From Schmidtea polychroa (lineage: Eukaryota): DNA of 64,000 nt. The stretch spans positions 204,414,001 through 204,478,000 of the forward strand of contig CM097885.1 of NCBI GenBank assembly GCA_044892525.1, given 5' to 3'. Shown piece after piece: positions 27,520-40,348 of the stretch; position 1 is the stretch's first letter; the number at the start of each line of letters is the position of its first letter. The notes beneath the pieces are model-generated. The model searched no databases. It worked only from the letters and a program-made list of their open reading frames with translations, and was not told where the DNA came from. The position numbers and the translations under genes were made by a program.

Positions 27520-28320
27520 GTCACATGAGGTATACCGATAAGCTACCAGATGAAAGGAGTAGTACAACTGCCACTTCCTGTTGTATTAGTGTTGAAAGAG
27601 AGAAAATAGCTTGACAGCCGTCAGAGATAAAAATGGAACAGTCGGGGAAGGCAGGAAAAATAAAGTGGAAAAACACTTGATTATATTGAGTGCCACAATA
27701 TAAGCAAGCTATATAAAGAGAAACTATCAGAGACAAAATTTGACAAAATTAGACAAAGAGTGACGCGAAATTGAGACGAAACGTGAGAGACAAAAGCGAG
27801 ACAAAACTCACGCGAAATTGAGACAATTTGGAAGACAATTTGAGACAATTTGAGAGATAAAATTATTGGAGAAAAATTTGACAACGTTGGACGAAACGTT
27901 GTTGGAGAAATAATTGTGAAAAATAATTCTAGAGAAAATGATTGTGGAGAATAATTATTGGAGAAGAGTTGAAGAAAAGAATTAGTGAAAAATAAAACGA
28001 AAAGAAGTTACTTGAGTACTTGAATAAATTTGTGAAGAAGTTCAGAGAAAGCAACCAGCTCAAAATCCCAGTTGATAAACCAATCAGTAATTTGTGATCT
28101 TTTAATCCAGTGTTCTACGCAAGTGCTATTACTCACTGAGTGTTGTAATAAGCATTGTATAGTCACCAAGTAGAGTGTTGAATTGATTGTCAATGTAAAG
28201 TGAAAGTTTATTTGTGATAATCAATAAAGATTTCTGTTGTCAAGTGTTATTTGTGGATCGTATAAAGACACGCTTGGAGTCAGAGTAACATTTAAATTTA
28301 TCACCAACCCAATAACCCAA
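27520..28320 (+). repeat. Diverged solo-LTR-like relative of the 981-bp LTRs at 44877 and 52710
   Basis: Shares gacagc(c/t)gtcagagataaaaatgg(a/g)acagtcgggga...aaagtggaaaaacac and acacgc(t)ttggag(t/c)caga...tcaccaac; boundaries approximate. Confidence 0.65.
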
Positions 28321-28329
28321 AATAATGTT

Positions 28330-29617
28330 CAAAATATTCTGCAACAAATACAACATCAAAAGGAACCAAACAACACCTTACAACCCACAATCAAACGGAA
28401 AGATTTAACGGTTTCACAGAACATTAAAAGAAGAATCAGAACAAAAACCAATGACCAAAACTGGTTAAACCAACTACCCACAATTCTAATCGGACTGAGA
28501 AATATCCTAAACTCAACAGATAATGAAAGTCCAGCATACAAGGTTTTTGGAAAAGCAACAAATTTACTATCACTTAAAACAGATACAACTAAAAACACCA
28601 AAAACATCAAACAAATAACAAACAAAAACAGCGAAACCACCGAAGAGAAACCAAAAGGAATCCTAAAAAGGAGACTCGAATCCGAAATGGACTGAAAAGT
28701 AGTTCTGACAACGGACTACATCTTAATAAAAAAACCCTTCACAAAAGGTTTCGAATCCAAATACGAAGGTCCATTCAAACTCTTAGAAATCAACAAAAAC
28801 GTTGTCACAATAATTAAAAATAACAACAAAATGAAAATAAACATAAAGCGAATAAAACCCTACCACCAGAACCAAAACCCACAAAACAACCCACCAAAAG
28901 ACAAAACACAGACTCAAACACAAACAAAAGGACAACCAACCCACAAAAACATAATATTCAACTACAAAAACTCAATAAAACTATTCAACAAAGACACAAT
29001 AATCACTGTGAGAGCTTTAAATAAAAAGTCAAACAAACAGAGCACTCGCACGAAAAAAGTTAATTGTACAACATTTTATTTATTTGTAAATATATACAGA
29101 TTTTAAATGTTTTTATCCAGGTTGTATATAAAAAAATAAAAATAAAAGATTATAGTAAAAATGTTATTACATTTTATCAATTCATGTTAACCTCCGGTTT
29201 TCAAGGGGGAAGTTATGTAATGTAATGTTAATGTTTTATACATAATTTTTGTATTTTAAATACAAATTATACTAACTAACCCAATTCGAATAACGGCCCT
29301 TGATCCAACAAAGGATCTATATAGCAATTCTCTATAGTAATAATTTACAATAGAGAATTGAAAATTTAAAAAATAACGACAAAACAATAAAAAATCAAAT
29401 AAAAGAAGAATAGAGAAAGCTTAACAAGATTAAAGAAACCTTTTCAAAATTAAAGAAATCTTTTCAAGATTAAAATAACTACAATCCAAAGAGCAAAGAG
29501 CAAAGAGCAATCAACAACAAAGTTCGTGACATTCTTTTATTATTTTTAAATAAAATTGTAATTTTAAATAACCGTTATTGTTACTTGTTTGTTATTTATA
29601 TTGTAGCACACATTACA
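28330..29617 (+). mobile_element. Gypsy 3' fragment: integrase tail, PPT and ~400-bp LTR
   Basis: NWLNQLPTILIGLRN, FESKYEGPFKLL (GPY/F), INIKRIKPY; PPT aagggggaag at ~29203; LTR 29216-29617 bounded by TGTAATG...CATTACA. Confidence 0.75.
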
Positions 29618-29809
29618 TACATTCACACCAGCTGTCCCGAGACAGTATTTTTAAGGAGACTCGGCTGGGATCTACAAACCTTCTTATTATGCACACATAA
29701 ACATAATATACATATTTAATATACATATACATAGTAGGGTAACATGTGGACCCGGGAACAAAGACATATGACATCATCGATGGCGTAACAAAGACATATT
29801 ACGCCATAC

Positions 29810-30060
29810 CCGGTGGAGGAGGGTTTTTAGGCCAAATTTTAAGGTCAACTCAAGGTAAAATTTTAAGGTTAACTTAAGTTCATAGTAAGGTCACAGTAAG
29901 GTCAACCTGAGGTCAAATATTTAAAAGATTTTAAATTTGAATTCCCAAATTATTGTACCATCGATATAAACCATATAACTACTATTACGCGCACAGTGAT
30001 ACTCTGAGTTTATTCGACAAGATATTCTGTCCCCTTAAGGGTACTGCTCACAAATTATCA
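29810..30060 (+). repeat. Copy 1 of a dispersed modular repeat (AAGGTCA cluster plus CGACAAGATATT-GTCCCC-GGGTACTGCTCAC module)
   Basis: AGGTCA-like motifs 29841-29915; tactctgagtttattcgacaagatattctgtcccc...gggtactgctcac at ~30000-30050, also seen at ~34430 (+) and ~60650-60715 (-). Confidence 0.7.
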
Positions 30061-30166
30061 ATAGAAATATTGTAGCAAAACTCATATAGTCTATCAACTA
30101 ATCATAATCATATGGCACACAATTCTGTAGTATAAATAAAACATTATATTTTAAATTGCTGTAAAA

Positions 30167-30665
30167 ATGTCAAAACCTAATTTCATTGACAACTTGCTAA
30201 AAGTGGTCGTCAACAAAAACATTACGGAAAGCCTCAGTTTCCCAATCAATCGGACTGAACAAATTAATAAAGGCAATCATATCGACTACCAGAACACGAT
30301 GGATATGGAATGCCTTGAAACAAAGAAGTTTTATTTTAATCGAATCTTCAATTGCCTATTCGACGAAGAAATGAAGTGGACCCGAATAATTGTATTATAT
30401 GAAAATTATCATCGAAAAAAGTTTATGGGACTCAGAACATTACTACCAGTGGTCTCAAGAAGTAATTTATTTTATAATCTATATTTTAATAATATTAATT
30501 TTTTAGATAATCAAATCCAAATTTATTTCATGGATAGAAGCCAATGGCGGATGGGGTGTATTAAATCAACTCGCCCGAAATGCAAAGGAAATCAACGAGC
30601 ACAAAATAAAGTTTAAAAACTATATTCAACTTGCAACAGGTGTTGCTATCTAGTATATTATTTGA
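30167..30665 (+). pseudogene. Bcl-2 family gene (frameshifted, with a probable 45-bp intron)
   Basis: BH1-like CLFDEEMKWTRIIVLYE; after a +1 shift near 30403 and removal of a GT..AG intron at 30462-30506: EHYYQWSQEIIKSKFISWIEANGGWGVL (BH2); hydrophobic tail IQLATGVAI*YII broken by a stop. Confidence 0.8.
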
Positions 30666-30715
30666 CGTTTTTGAATAAAAATTAATGTAGTTATCATTCA
30701 CATTGATTTCTTCTT

Positions 30716-30784
<69 letters not shown>

Positions 30785-31479
30785 TAAAAACTTCAAAAAC
30801 TTATAACAATAAATAAATACTTACATTTTCGTCCTTTCGAAAGAAAGTTTCCAGCAGAAGTATTTATTACGTTTCCATCTAAAAGCATAATAAAAATAAT
30901 AATAATAATAATAGTAAACGATTACCGTTTATTCTATTCAAATTTACAGCTTGTCCGGCGATATTCATATTAATTTGTTGATTAAAACCTAATAATCATA
31001 TTAAAATAATAAATTTACCATTAATTCCTCCAACGATTTTTCCGTTATTTCTTTGAATTTTGTTAATGTTGTTCATGTTCATGTTGTATATAATAGTTTT
31101 GTAAAAGTGTTGAAAATATGAAAGTGTAGACTATGTAAGAGAGATATTGCAAGTTTTATTAATCGACCAAAAAAATAGAGATAGGATAGCAAAACATTCG
31201 CACACAATACATGTTTGTTTATACAAAGCAGTTAGTGATGACCTATATATTCATGTCTTTATTACTCACTGCTTTCTTACTTTGCACTGTGTATGCACTG
31301 AACGTGTAATTTATGACATAATAATATTTTGTTAAACATAAAATTAAAATAATGATATTAATAATAATAATATTAATAATAATAATAAAATATTATTTTT
31401 AAATTATAAAATATATATATATATCTTTGTCAACATCTTTCCTATTAAATAAAAAACAAAGCATACAGTATACATTTAT

Positions 31480-31860
31480 TAACCATCAAATTTTTTATAC
31501 AACAACTATGCCAAACAATGTTAACCACATGTTTGAGTCAATGGATTTTGAAACATAGTTTTATTATATACAATAGGTTTCCCAATTGTTTGCAGTTTTG
31601 ATATCAACAAATCAGGATAATAGAAACCCATAGGATCGAATACGAATATATTACTAGGTTTCACATATATAACTATCCAATGTTCTACACCAAGATGAGA
31701 CGAATGAGTATTTACGATTATGGCTTTATTATTGCTCAAATAAGGAATTTTATCGAGAGGAAAAACTCCTAAAAATTCATTTCCTAATATTAGTTTTCCA
31801 ATTCGATTAACCTGATAATAAAATTAAACAGTATCAAAAAACTTACTCCGTGACAACTTT
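31480..31860 (-). pseudogene. Polinton set A adenain-like cysteine protease
   Basis: FLGVFPLDKIP...AIIVNTHSSHLGVEHWIVIY...VFDPMG...FQNPLTQTCG*HC; contains stops. Confidence 0.85.
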
Positions 31861-31875
31861 CTATATTTCTGTATA

Positions 31876-32836
31876 CATTTATACTAGCGCGGTTCTATTT
31901 GCAGTAATTTGAACTTCATTTTCAAATACTCCATATATAATAACATTTACCGGTTCTGTAATGGCCTTTGCAAACTTTATATCCAGTCGTAAATTCCCGT
32001 TTTGTGGTAGTTGACTCTGATTTAAATCAAAATCGGGGGCTAAAACAAATGTGAAAAATTGGTATTTGGTTTTAAATTCTTAAAGAGTTATTCCACAATT
32101 CAAGTTTTTATCTAAATAACCCAGATTTTTAACAATAATCTGCATATATGTCGCACAGTAATTATCGCTTTCAAAATCTCGAGTATATGTTTCTCTATAA
32201 TCAGTATTTTTAGACAAAGTCAATGAAGAACACCAAAGTTTTTGAAAATTGAGCTGGAAGCAGTATAAGACCCATTATATTGTGTTTCACTTTGAAATGT
32301 TATCAGAATAAAATTAGGCATTCTTCTGTCACCAAATATTTGTTCTTTATAGAATGATGAAGCACCTTTAGCAATATCAAATTGTACAATTTCTTTTGTT
32401 TTTAACGGATAAATTGCATGTTTTGAATTAAGACCCAATTGATGACCAGCTAATACTGATGGGTCTACTCGAACTCTTCTCAACAATAATTTTGCATCAA
32501 CTAATTGGCATATTGGTGCACCTGCATTAGTCAGAGATAATGCAGAATCGGACTTTTTCAGTTTAATGTGTACATTTCTATCAAGGCTTTGTGAATGAAT
32601 GTATTATTTCCGCCCTCAATCTTGATATTATTAAATCCCAACACTGCATCTTTAAACAGAGTATGAAACAGGAAATTGTTCGGTATTACATCTGCATCGG
32701 CATCCAAAACCTTTCTATCTTTATCTACAACCTTGATCTGAACAGTCAATAAAGTATCGTTCAAATCTAAATATTCAGTTTGCGAACCATTAATATAAAA
32801 CTCGATATCATTTCTACTATCGGTAATTGAATTCAT
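31876..32836 (-). pseudogene. Polinton set A major capsid protein (PY/hexon-like), internally deleted and frameshifted
   Basis: IEFYINGSQTEYLDLNDTLL; NNFLFHTLFKD; LRRVRVDPSVLAGHQLGL; RMPNFILITFQSETQYNGSY; GNLRLDIKFAKAITEPVNVIIYGVFENEVQIT. Confidence 0.85.
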
Positions 32837-32868
32837 AGGAAAAACTTCCTCAAAGGTCCCAAATTCGA

Positions 32869-33290
32869 TTACCGCTTGAGACGATGGTCTATCAAATATA
32901 CATAATTCGGATTTACCACAAATAATTTTGCAAATATAGTTCCATGTCCTTTCATTCGTTTGTTTATACGTGATATTCCATGTCCTTTACGTTTTGGAGC
33001 TGGGGCTGGAGGTGTATCTTTTTGAAACATACCAGCAACTCCAGGTAGAACCTTCCCTAACTCAGCTAAAGCATTTGTTTTTAGGGATGGTAATATTTTC
33101 TGTTCATTCATAATCACGTCTTTAGCAGTTTTCATACCAAAACTGCTATACGTTTAAGAATAGGTAATAAGAATAGGTAATGAAAATCTCCCTATTGTTT
33201 TTAACCAACCTAATCCGTACTGTTTACCAACGAAATATGGTAATTCACCGCAAGATTGGCTATCACTATAGTAGTATGATTGGGGCCATC
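32869..33290 (-). pseudogene. Polinton set A basic core-like protein (PW-like)
   Basis: YYYSDSQSCGELPYFVGKQYGLGWLKTIGRFSLPIL...GMKTAKDVI...SLKTNALAELG...KRKGHG; stop and frameshift. Confidence 0.65.
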
Positions 33291-33294
33291 TAGA

Positions 33295-34620
33295 CCAGGG
33301 GCCCTCTGGACCACATACCCCTCCCCCACACCCCCCGGGAAATTTTTTTTTAAATAAAAGGTCAAGGTCAAGGTCATTTTTTTTTGTTTTATTAATTGGC
33401 CCAGCGGGCTCACACTTTTTTTCATCCCAAAAACTAATCTTCCCGCCAACGGATTTTTCTGAGCGATAGCTCATCTTAAAGACCAGTGCAAGACCTTTAA
33501 GATGTGCTATAGGTATTTTATATATCTATAATAGTTTTAATGTTATTAACATTTGATGACCACCATCTTTTCAAAGTTAAATTATTATTATTTTTCAAAA
33601 TATTATTAAGTGGCCTGGCGGAGTCATACTTTTTTTCATCCCAAAAATTAATGTTCCCGCCAACAGATTTTATTGGACGATACCTCATCTTAAAACCCAG
33701 TGCAAGACCTTTCTAATGAGATATAGATTTCTATCATACTATGCCTCATATTTTTAGAACGATGCCTCAATCGATGCCACATATTTTTAGAACGATGCCA
33801 CATATTTTTAGAACTATTACGTAATCGATGCCACATATTTTTAGAACGATGCCTAATATTTTTAGAACGATGCCACATATTTTTAGAACGATGCCTCATA
33901 TTTTTAGAACGATGCCTAATATTTTTAGAATGATTACGTCATATTTTTAGAACGATGCCTAATATTTTTAGAACGATGCCTAATATTTTTAGAACGACGC
34001 CTCTTATTTTTAGAATGATTACGTCATATTTTTAGAACGATGCATCTTATTTTTAGAATGATTACGTCATATTTTTAGAACTATTATGTAATCGATGCCT
34101 AATACTTTTTAGAACGATACCTAATATTTTTAGAATGATTACGTCATTATTTTAGAACGATGCCTCATATTTTTAGAACGATGCCTCTTATTTTTAGAAC
34201 GATGACTCACCCTATGACTCATAATTTTCCAAAATATTATTAATTGGTCCAGAGGGCTCACACTTTCTTTCATCACAAAATATAATGTTCCCGCCAACCG
34301 ATTTTATTGGACGATAGCTTATTTTAAAGCTCTGTGTAAGAACTTTCTAATGAGATATAGAGATAATTATAATCATTATTAATTTAAAAGATATTAACGC
34401 CCGCGTGGAAGATGTTATTATTATTATATACTCCGAGTTTATCCGACAAGATATTCTGTCCCCCTATGGGTACTACACACATGGGTACTGCTCACAAGGG
34501 TACTGCTCACGCTCAACAAGTCACATGGGTACTGTTCACAAAGTTACTACTAAAAATAGTCAAGACAAAACTTTAACAAAGAAATTCTTAATATTATACT
34601 TTAAATATACACTAAAACTA
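33295..34620 (+). repeat. Copy 2 of the dispersed modular repeat, expanded with three ~120-bp direct repeats and a minisatellite
   Basis: ggtcaaggtcaaggtca at ~33360; ~120-bp units at ~33395, ~33600 and ~34235 (ttcccgccaac core); terminal module at 34425-34545 with repeated gggtactgctcac. Confidence 0.75.
33741..34207. repeat. 21-bp minisatellite (catatttttagaacgatgcct), about 20 units with variants
   Basis: Head-to-tail units, variant atgattacgtcatatttttaga, no unique spacers. Confidence 0.9.
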
Positions 34621-34954
34621 AAATTTGTTTCCTATTACAAGTTTAAATACTGGTATTTATAGTTCGTATTTTTTTTTAAATATTGTCAACTCATATATAT
34701 ATATATATATATATATATAGTGGTGTGCTCACTACAACATACATTTCAAATAAAAATTTCTACCAAATTCTTTCAATAGTTAAACATGATTTATAAAAAC
34801 TTTATCAATATTAATAAATATATTTATACAAGTGTTTAACAATTGTAAGAATTGTGAAAACTATAACGAGTTTTCAAAAAAAAATTTTAGATAATAAAAC
34901 AATGTAGAAGAAATGATTTTCAAAATAAAAAGATATATTAACATTTATCACAGT

Positions 34955-35735
34955 TTAGTCTGACAATAAAATATCATCTATATCTATTTCATCATCATCA
35001 TCATTAGGATCATCACCAGAATCGAAATCTGGACTTAAACCATCGTAAAGTGGACCCACTTCCCCATCACCAGAATCGAAATCTGGACTTAATCCTCCGA
35101 ATAGTGGCCCAACTTCTTCAAATATTTGATCATAATTTATGTCATCTAGTGCTAAATATGACCATATGCGAGACTGGAATTTTTCCCGACCCAAAACCGC
35201 TTGTCATCGTTGTTTGACAACGCGATTTTATTGTTTTTAAATGTGTACAATTGATGGTTCCGCGTCCCTATCTTACTTTGTGGCACAGAAAATACTACGT
35301 TGTTATTGTAGCATTTTAAATATGAATCGTGCCTAATTTCTGTACCTATTAACCTGACTCCCTTTGCTTTTAAATGATCTTTAGTCCCTAACAAACTATA
35401 GCACTTGGGTCTTAAGAAAACCCATTCCTTATACCCTAGACCTTTACTTTCATCTTTAAATTTACCTATCACAGAATCAAGGTTTCTAGAGTATAAGGGA
35501 TGTGCAGGGTCATAGTTGGAAGTGTCTAAAAGATTGTCACGAACCATTGCCGACAAAAGAGTGTCAAGCTTACAGTGCCTAACCTCAAGAAAAAAGGAGT
35601 CAGTATCGCCGGCAACGATATTTATTTCACATTTAAATTCATTTCTATATTTAGCCAATTCTATATACTGTAACTGGTACATCATCAGTTTAGACAGGTC
35701 TAGTACCGTTTGGCCAATGTAGCTAGGCCTGTCTA
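34955..35735 (-). pseudogene. Polinton set A protein-primed PolB, C-terminal fragment only, followed by an acidic repeat segment
   Basis: RPSYIGQTVLDLSKLMMY, AGDTDSFF, LDTSNY, IGKFKDE, LRPKCYS, KAKGV, DDKRF...LAYGH; 5' truncated at ~35735. Confidence 0.9.
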
Positions 35736-38700
35736 AACTGAGGAAGAACCCTATGAAAAAGAAAACTATAATTGGGATAACTTTAACCATGTAGATAAAT
35801 TTGAACAACCATTTATATCCTCTTCATCTTTAGAGTATATAAAAAGAAATAAACAAAAAATAAAAAACTCAATGGATGATGCTATAAAAAAATTTGGTAA
35901 ATCAAGATTTAATGTTATCATATATAAAATTAGAATCCACTCAAAATATTGGAGGGGTGAAGATGTAAACACAGCAGTCCTAGACCGTATTATTGAAACA
36001 CCTTATAATTATTTATTCTCAACCCAGGGATTTAAAAAAAATTAAAGATATTATTCATAAAGTTGAAGAAGAGCATAGAGTGGTTGAACAAGAATTAGGA
36101 GAGTCAAACCTAAAATTCCATTCATTTCAATCACTTGAAATCGAATATTGGAGAGGAGCACCTCCAAACCCTAAATCATATATCCCTACCCCCTTTACTT
36201 CACATTATAAATATTCGAAATAATGATAATAAATGTTTCCAATGGTCAATACTAGCACATTTACGTCCTCAAGAAAATCATAAAGAAAGACCTGCAAAAT
36301 ATAAGCAATATGAAAATGAATTAATATATCCAAAAGGATTTAAACACCCAATGAAGATTGAATACATTCCAAAATTTGAAAAATTAAATAATATTAAACT
36401 TAACATTTATGAATATATTGGTCAGGTGGGTGATAGGAAACACATTATCCCAATTCACATTTCAAATATGGAATTATTAGAACAAGATAAAAATAGAGAA
36501 ATATATCTTTTAATATTACAAGAAAAACAAACTTATAGGGAATATGATGATCTAGATGAGGAAGAACAATATTTAAATATTCAAGAGTTAAATCTTGAAG
36601 AAGAGCAAGAAGAAGACATTGAGATGAAACAATATTATATCCTCATAAAAAACTTTCAAAGTTTTATGCGATCAAAAAGTCACCACAGTGGTGGAACAAC
36701 ATGTAAACGTTGTCTATATTATTCAGCCTCAAACATTGCAGCATTTAAACATGAAAGATTATGTTTTAAGAACCTACCAGCATTAATTAAAATGCCAAGC
36801 AAAGAAAAGTCTAACATGCACTTTAAAAACTTTTCAAACTTACTAGAATCAGTGGGAGTAATATATGGAGACTTTGAAGCTATAAATATAAAACAAGATT
36901 TAGAGCAAGAATATTTAAAAATAATAGAAAAAAATAATCTATTAGAATCTTGGAGGAACGACCCTCGGGATAATCAACGAGGATGGGAAAGTATGAAAAA
37001 CTTTCTAGACTTAAATAATAAATCTTATACAGTAAAACTAACAAAACAAGTAGCATCAGCTTATAAACTATTTTTTAAAAGTAACTACCCCGAACTTATA
37101 GAATCTAAAGAATATTCATATAGAGGAATCACAGAAGAAGAAACTCTAAATCATTTTCTTAAAGATATAAATGATTTAGAACATCAAGTATTTAAAATAT
37201 TAAAAACAAACTTTCTAATAAACTTTTCAGAACAACAATGGGAAGAATATGAAAACGCAACAACTTGTTGGATGTGCAAACAACCATTTGAGAATTCTGA
37301 AAGAGGTCATTCTGAAGGTCATTCTGAAGGTCATTCTGAAAGTCTTGAAGAGGAAGAACAAAGACTATTTCACGAAGGACAAGAAAGACATGAAAACATA
37401 AAAGTCCCAGATCATGACCACTTTAAAAAACTAAACAACTTTACGGGTGCAGCACATAAAAACTGCAATATTAATTGTAAAAGACCAAATTTTGTACCAG
37501 TTATATTCCATAATCTTTTTGGATATGACATCCACTTATTCATAAAACATTTAGCTGTAAATGCTAAAAACTCTTTCAAGGTTATAGGACTTACAAAAGA
37601 AAAATATAAATGTGTTCAATATGGACGATTGAAGTTTATAGATTCCCTAAACTTTCTATCAATGTCCTTGGATGGAATAGCTAAAACAATGAAACCAGAA
37701 GACTTCACCTACACAATAGAAAAAGTATTAGTAAAAAATAATATTCCCAGGAGGAATATAAAACCTGTTTAGCAAAGGGAATCTATCCTTATGATTATAT
37801 AGATTCTTTTGATCGTTATAATGAAACAGAACTACCAGGTCTAGAGGAATTCTTTTCAACATTAAATCAAACAGATATAAGTGACCAGGAATATACCCGA
37901 GCAAATAAAATGTATCAATTATTCATATGTAAAAACATTGGGGATTATACTGACATGTATTTATCATTAGATGTTTATATCCTTGCAGACTGTTTTGAAG
38001 GATTTTGCAAGGCATTTGAATTAAAACCCTACAACTATATAACATCTCCATCTCTAGCTTGGGATATATTATTATATACTATGTGGACCTCCAGCTCTGA
38101 GTCCATAGAACTATTAACTGAACTCGACATGTTTAATGTACTTAAAGAAAATATTCGAGGGGGTGTTAGCTCCGTGATGGGAGACCGAGAAATCACTGCA
38201 AATAACTTCCTATCTCTCTATAAGAAATTCTTTAGTGAAGATCCAAATGCAGACTATATACAAATAAAAACAGAAGAAGATTCAAAATTAATAAAGGAAG
38301 GATTATCAAATCCATCAGAAATAATGTATATAGATGCAACTGCTCTATATTCAGGAGTAATGACTCAATACCTTCCAATTGATAACTTCATTCAGGTTGC
38401 TGTCCCAGAAGGTGCTGTCCCAGAGGAAAAGGATCTACTCATGAATCAAATATTATCAACAGAAAAAGATTCAGAAGTGGGATATATAATAGAATGTGAT
38501 TTAGAATACCCCAATGATATAAAATATATTACTAGATACTTTCCATTTGCACCAGTGAAAAGGAAAGTAGATTCCAATGAATTATCATCCCAACAAGATA
38601 GACCTACAACCACAAAACTTTTATGTGATCAAACTGATAAAACTTATTATCTTTGTCACTATAGGTTGTTACAATTTTATCTTTCTCATGGGATGAAAAT

Positions 38701-39793
38701 AAAAAATATTCATTCTATAATAAAGTTTTCCCAAAGACCATTTATGAAAAAGTTTATAGAGGGAAATATCAAATCTAGGAATGAAGCAAAAAGAAATGGA
38801 AATGCTTTCCTAGACATGATTTATAAGCTTTTAAACAATTCAGTCTTTGGGAAAAAATGGAAAATGTTGATAAATATACTCGAGTAGAATTACTAACAAA
38901 TAGTCCAAAGGATTTTGCAAGATACAATCGAATGCTTTCAAAACCTACATTTAAAAATGCAGAAGTCTTTTCAGATAACCTAGTAGCTGTTGAACTAAAA
39001 AATAGTGAAAAGACTTACAATAAACCAATCTTTATAGGATATTCAATTTTAGAATTATCAAAACTACAAATGTATGAAACCTATTATGATATTCTACTAC
39101 CACATTTTAAAAATAGAATATCAATGCATGCTATGGATACAGACAGCATGTTTTTAAAAATATATACTAAAGACCTAAAAGAGGAAATATCTGAAAATGA
39201 AATCCTAAGCAATTTAATAAATTCATCTGGAGAATTATTCACCTTTAAAGATGAAAAACCAAATACTCCAATAATTGATGCTGTCTTTATTAGGGCTAAA
39301 CAATATTCATTAGAAATGATTGATGCTCCAAAGATGATAACCCAAACAATTAAAATCAGGACAGCAACAGGGGAAATAGACTATACATTTGATATACCAG
39401 TATTAAAACTTAAAACATATAAAGATAATAAAAATAAAGGTATAAAGAAATCAGTTTCTAGGAATATACCACATCAAGACTATAAGGATATTCTAAATAA
39501 AAATCAATCAGATAAAATAGTGCAAGTTCATCAATTTAAATCTGAGAAGCATAACATGTATTTAGAGGAATCGAATAAAATATCATTATCTAATTATGAT
39601 GATAAGAGGTATATTTTATCAGATTTAAAAAAGACACTCCCAATTGGTAATGACATGATTCCACATATAAAAAATTTAAAAGTCTTGAATGATTTATATA
39701 ATACAAACATAACAGACCTTCAACTATATCAAGTTCAAATACTCTACACAGAAACTCAATCTTTCGATGGTATAAATATATATATATATATAT
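35736..39793 (+). pseudogene. Polinton set B protein-primed PolB with an endonuclease VII-like insertion; several frameshifts
   Basis: IINIRNNDNKCFQWSILAHL; IYGDFEAI; CWMCK...DHDHF...GAAHKNCN; IFHNLFGYDIHLF; FIDSLNFL; YIDATALYS; KLLNNSVFGK; MDTDS; YDDKRY; frameshifts near 36020, 36195, 37750 and 38870. Confidence 0.92.
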
Positions 39794-40060
39794 ATATAGA
39801 GTTAAGTATTTAAATACTAATCCTGATTATATCCAAAGCCTATTAGAAGAAGAATTTGAATCTCATAGATTAGAGATTCAAAGATTATTAATCATCAATG
39901 ACTGAAAGTGACTGAATGTTAAAAAAGTAATTTAAAAAATCAATACTTGAAAACTTAAAGTCTTTAACTGATGACAAGATATTATTAATTGATATTATTA
40001 AAGTTTTGCATAAATTAAAAAATAAACCATCTATTTCAATAATAAAAATTTTTTATTTTA

Positions 40061-40345
40061 CTATTTTAACATCTTTTTTATTTGCTCTTTTATTTTCTCT
40101 CGCTCTACCTTGTTTGAAGTCTTTCTGGCTTTAATCTCATTAGATATTTTTATCAATTGTTGTTTTAGATGATCTCTTTCAGTCTCAACATTATTTATAA
40201 TCCAAAGTAACACAGGCTCTCTAATAGCAAGTTGCGCAGCATGCAAGGCTTTATCCTTTGAAGATTTATATTCTTCTAATGCAAGACTTGATTGCTTTTT
40301 AATAATAGGATTACTTCTTATCAGGTTTAAAACACGATCATTCAT
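40061..40345 (-). CDS. Polinton set B small basic/coiled-coil ORF of unknown function
   Basis: 94-aa ORF with ATG, lying between the pPolB and the HTH ORF. Confidence 0.5.
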   Translation of the reverse strand: MNDRVLNLIRSNPIIKKQSSLALEEYKSSKDKALHAAQLAIREPVLLWIINNVETERDHLKQQLIKISNEIKARKTSNKVEREKIKEQIKKMLK

Positions 40346-40348
40346 TTA

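Noticed and set aside
33741-34207. Regular 21-bp repeats resembling a CRISPR array
   Set aside because: Units are head-to-tail without unique spacers, there are no cas genes, and the context is eukaryotic; it is a minisatellite
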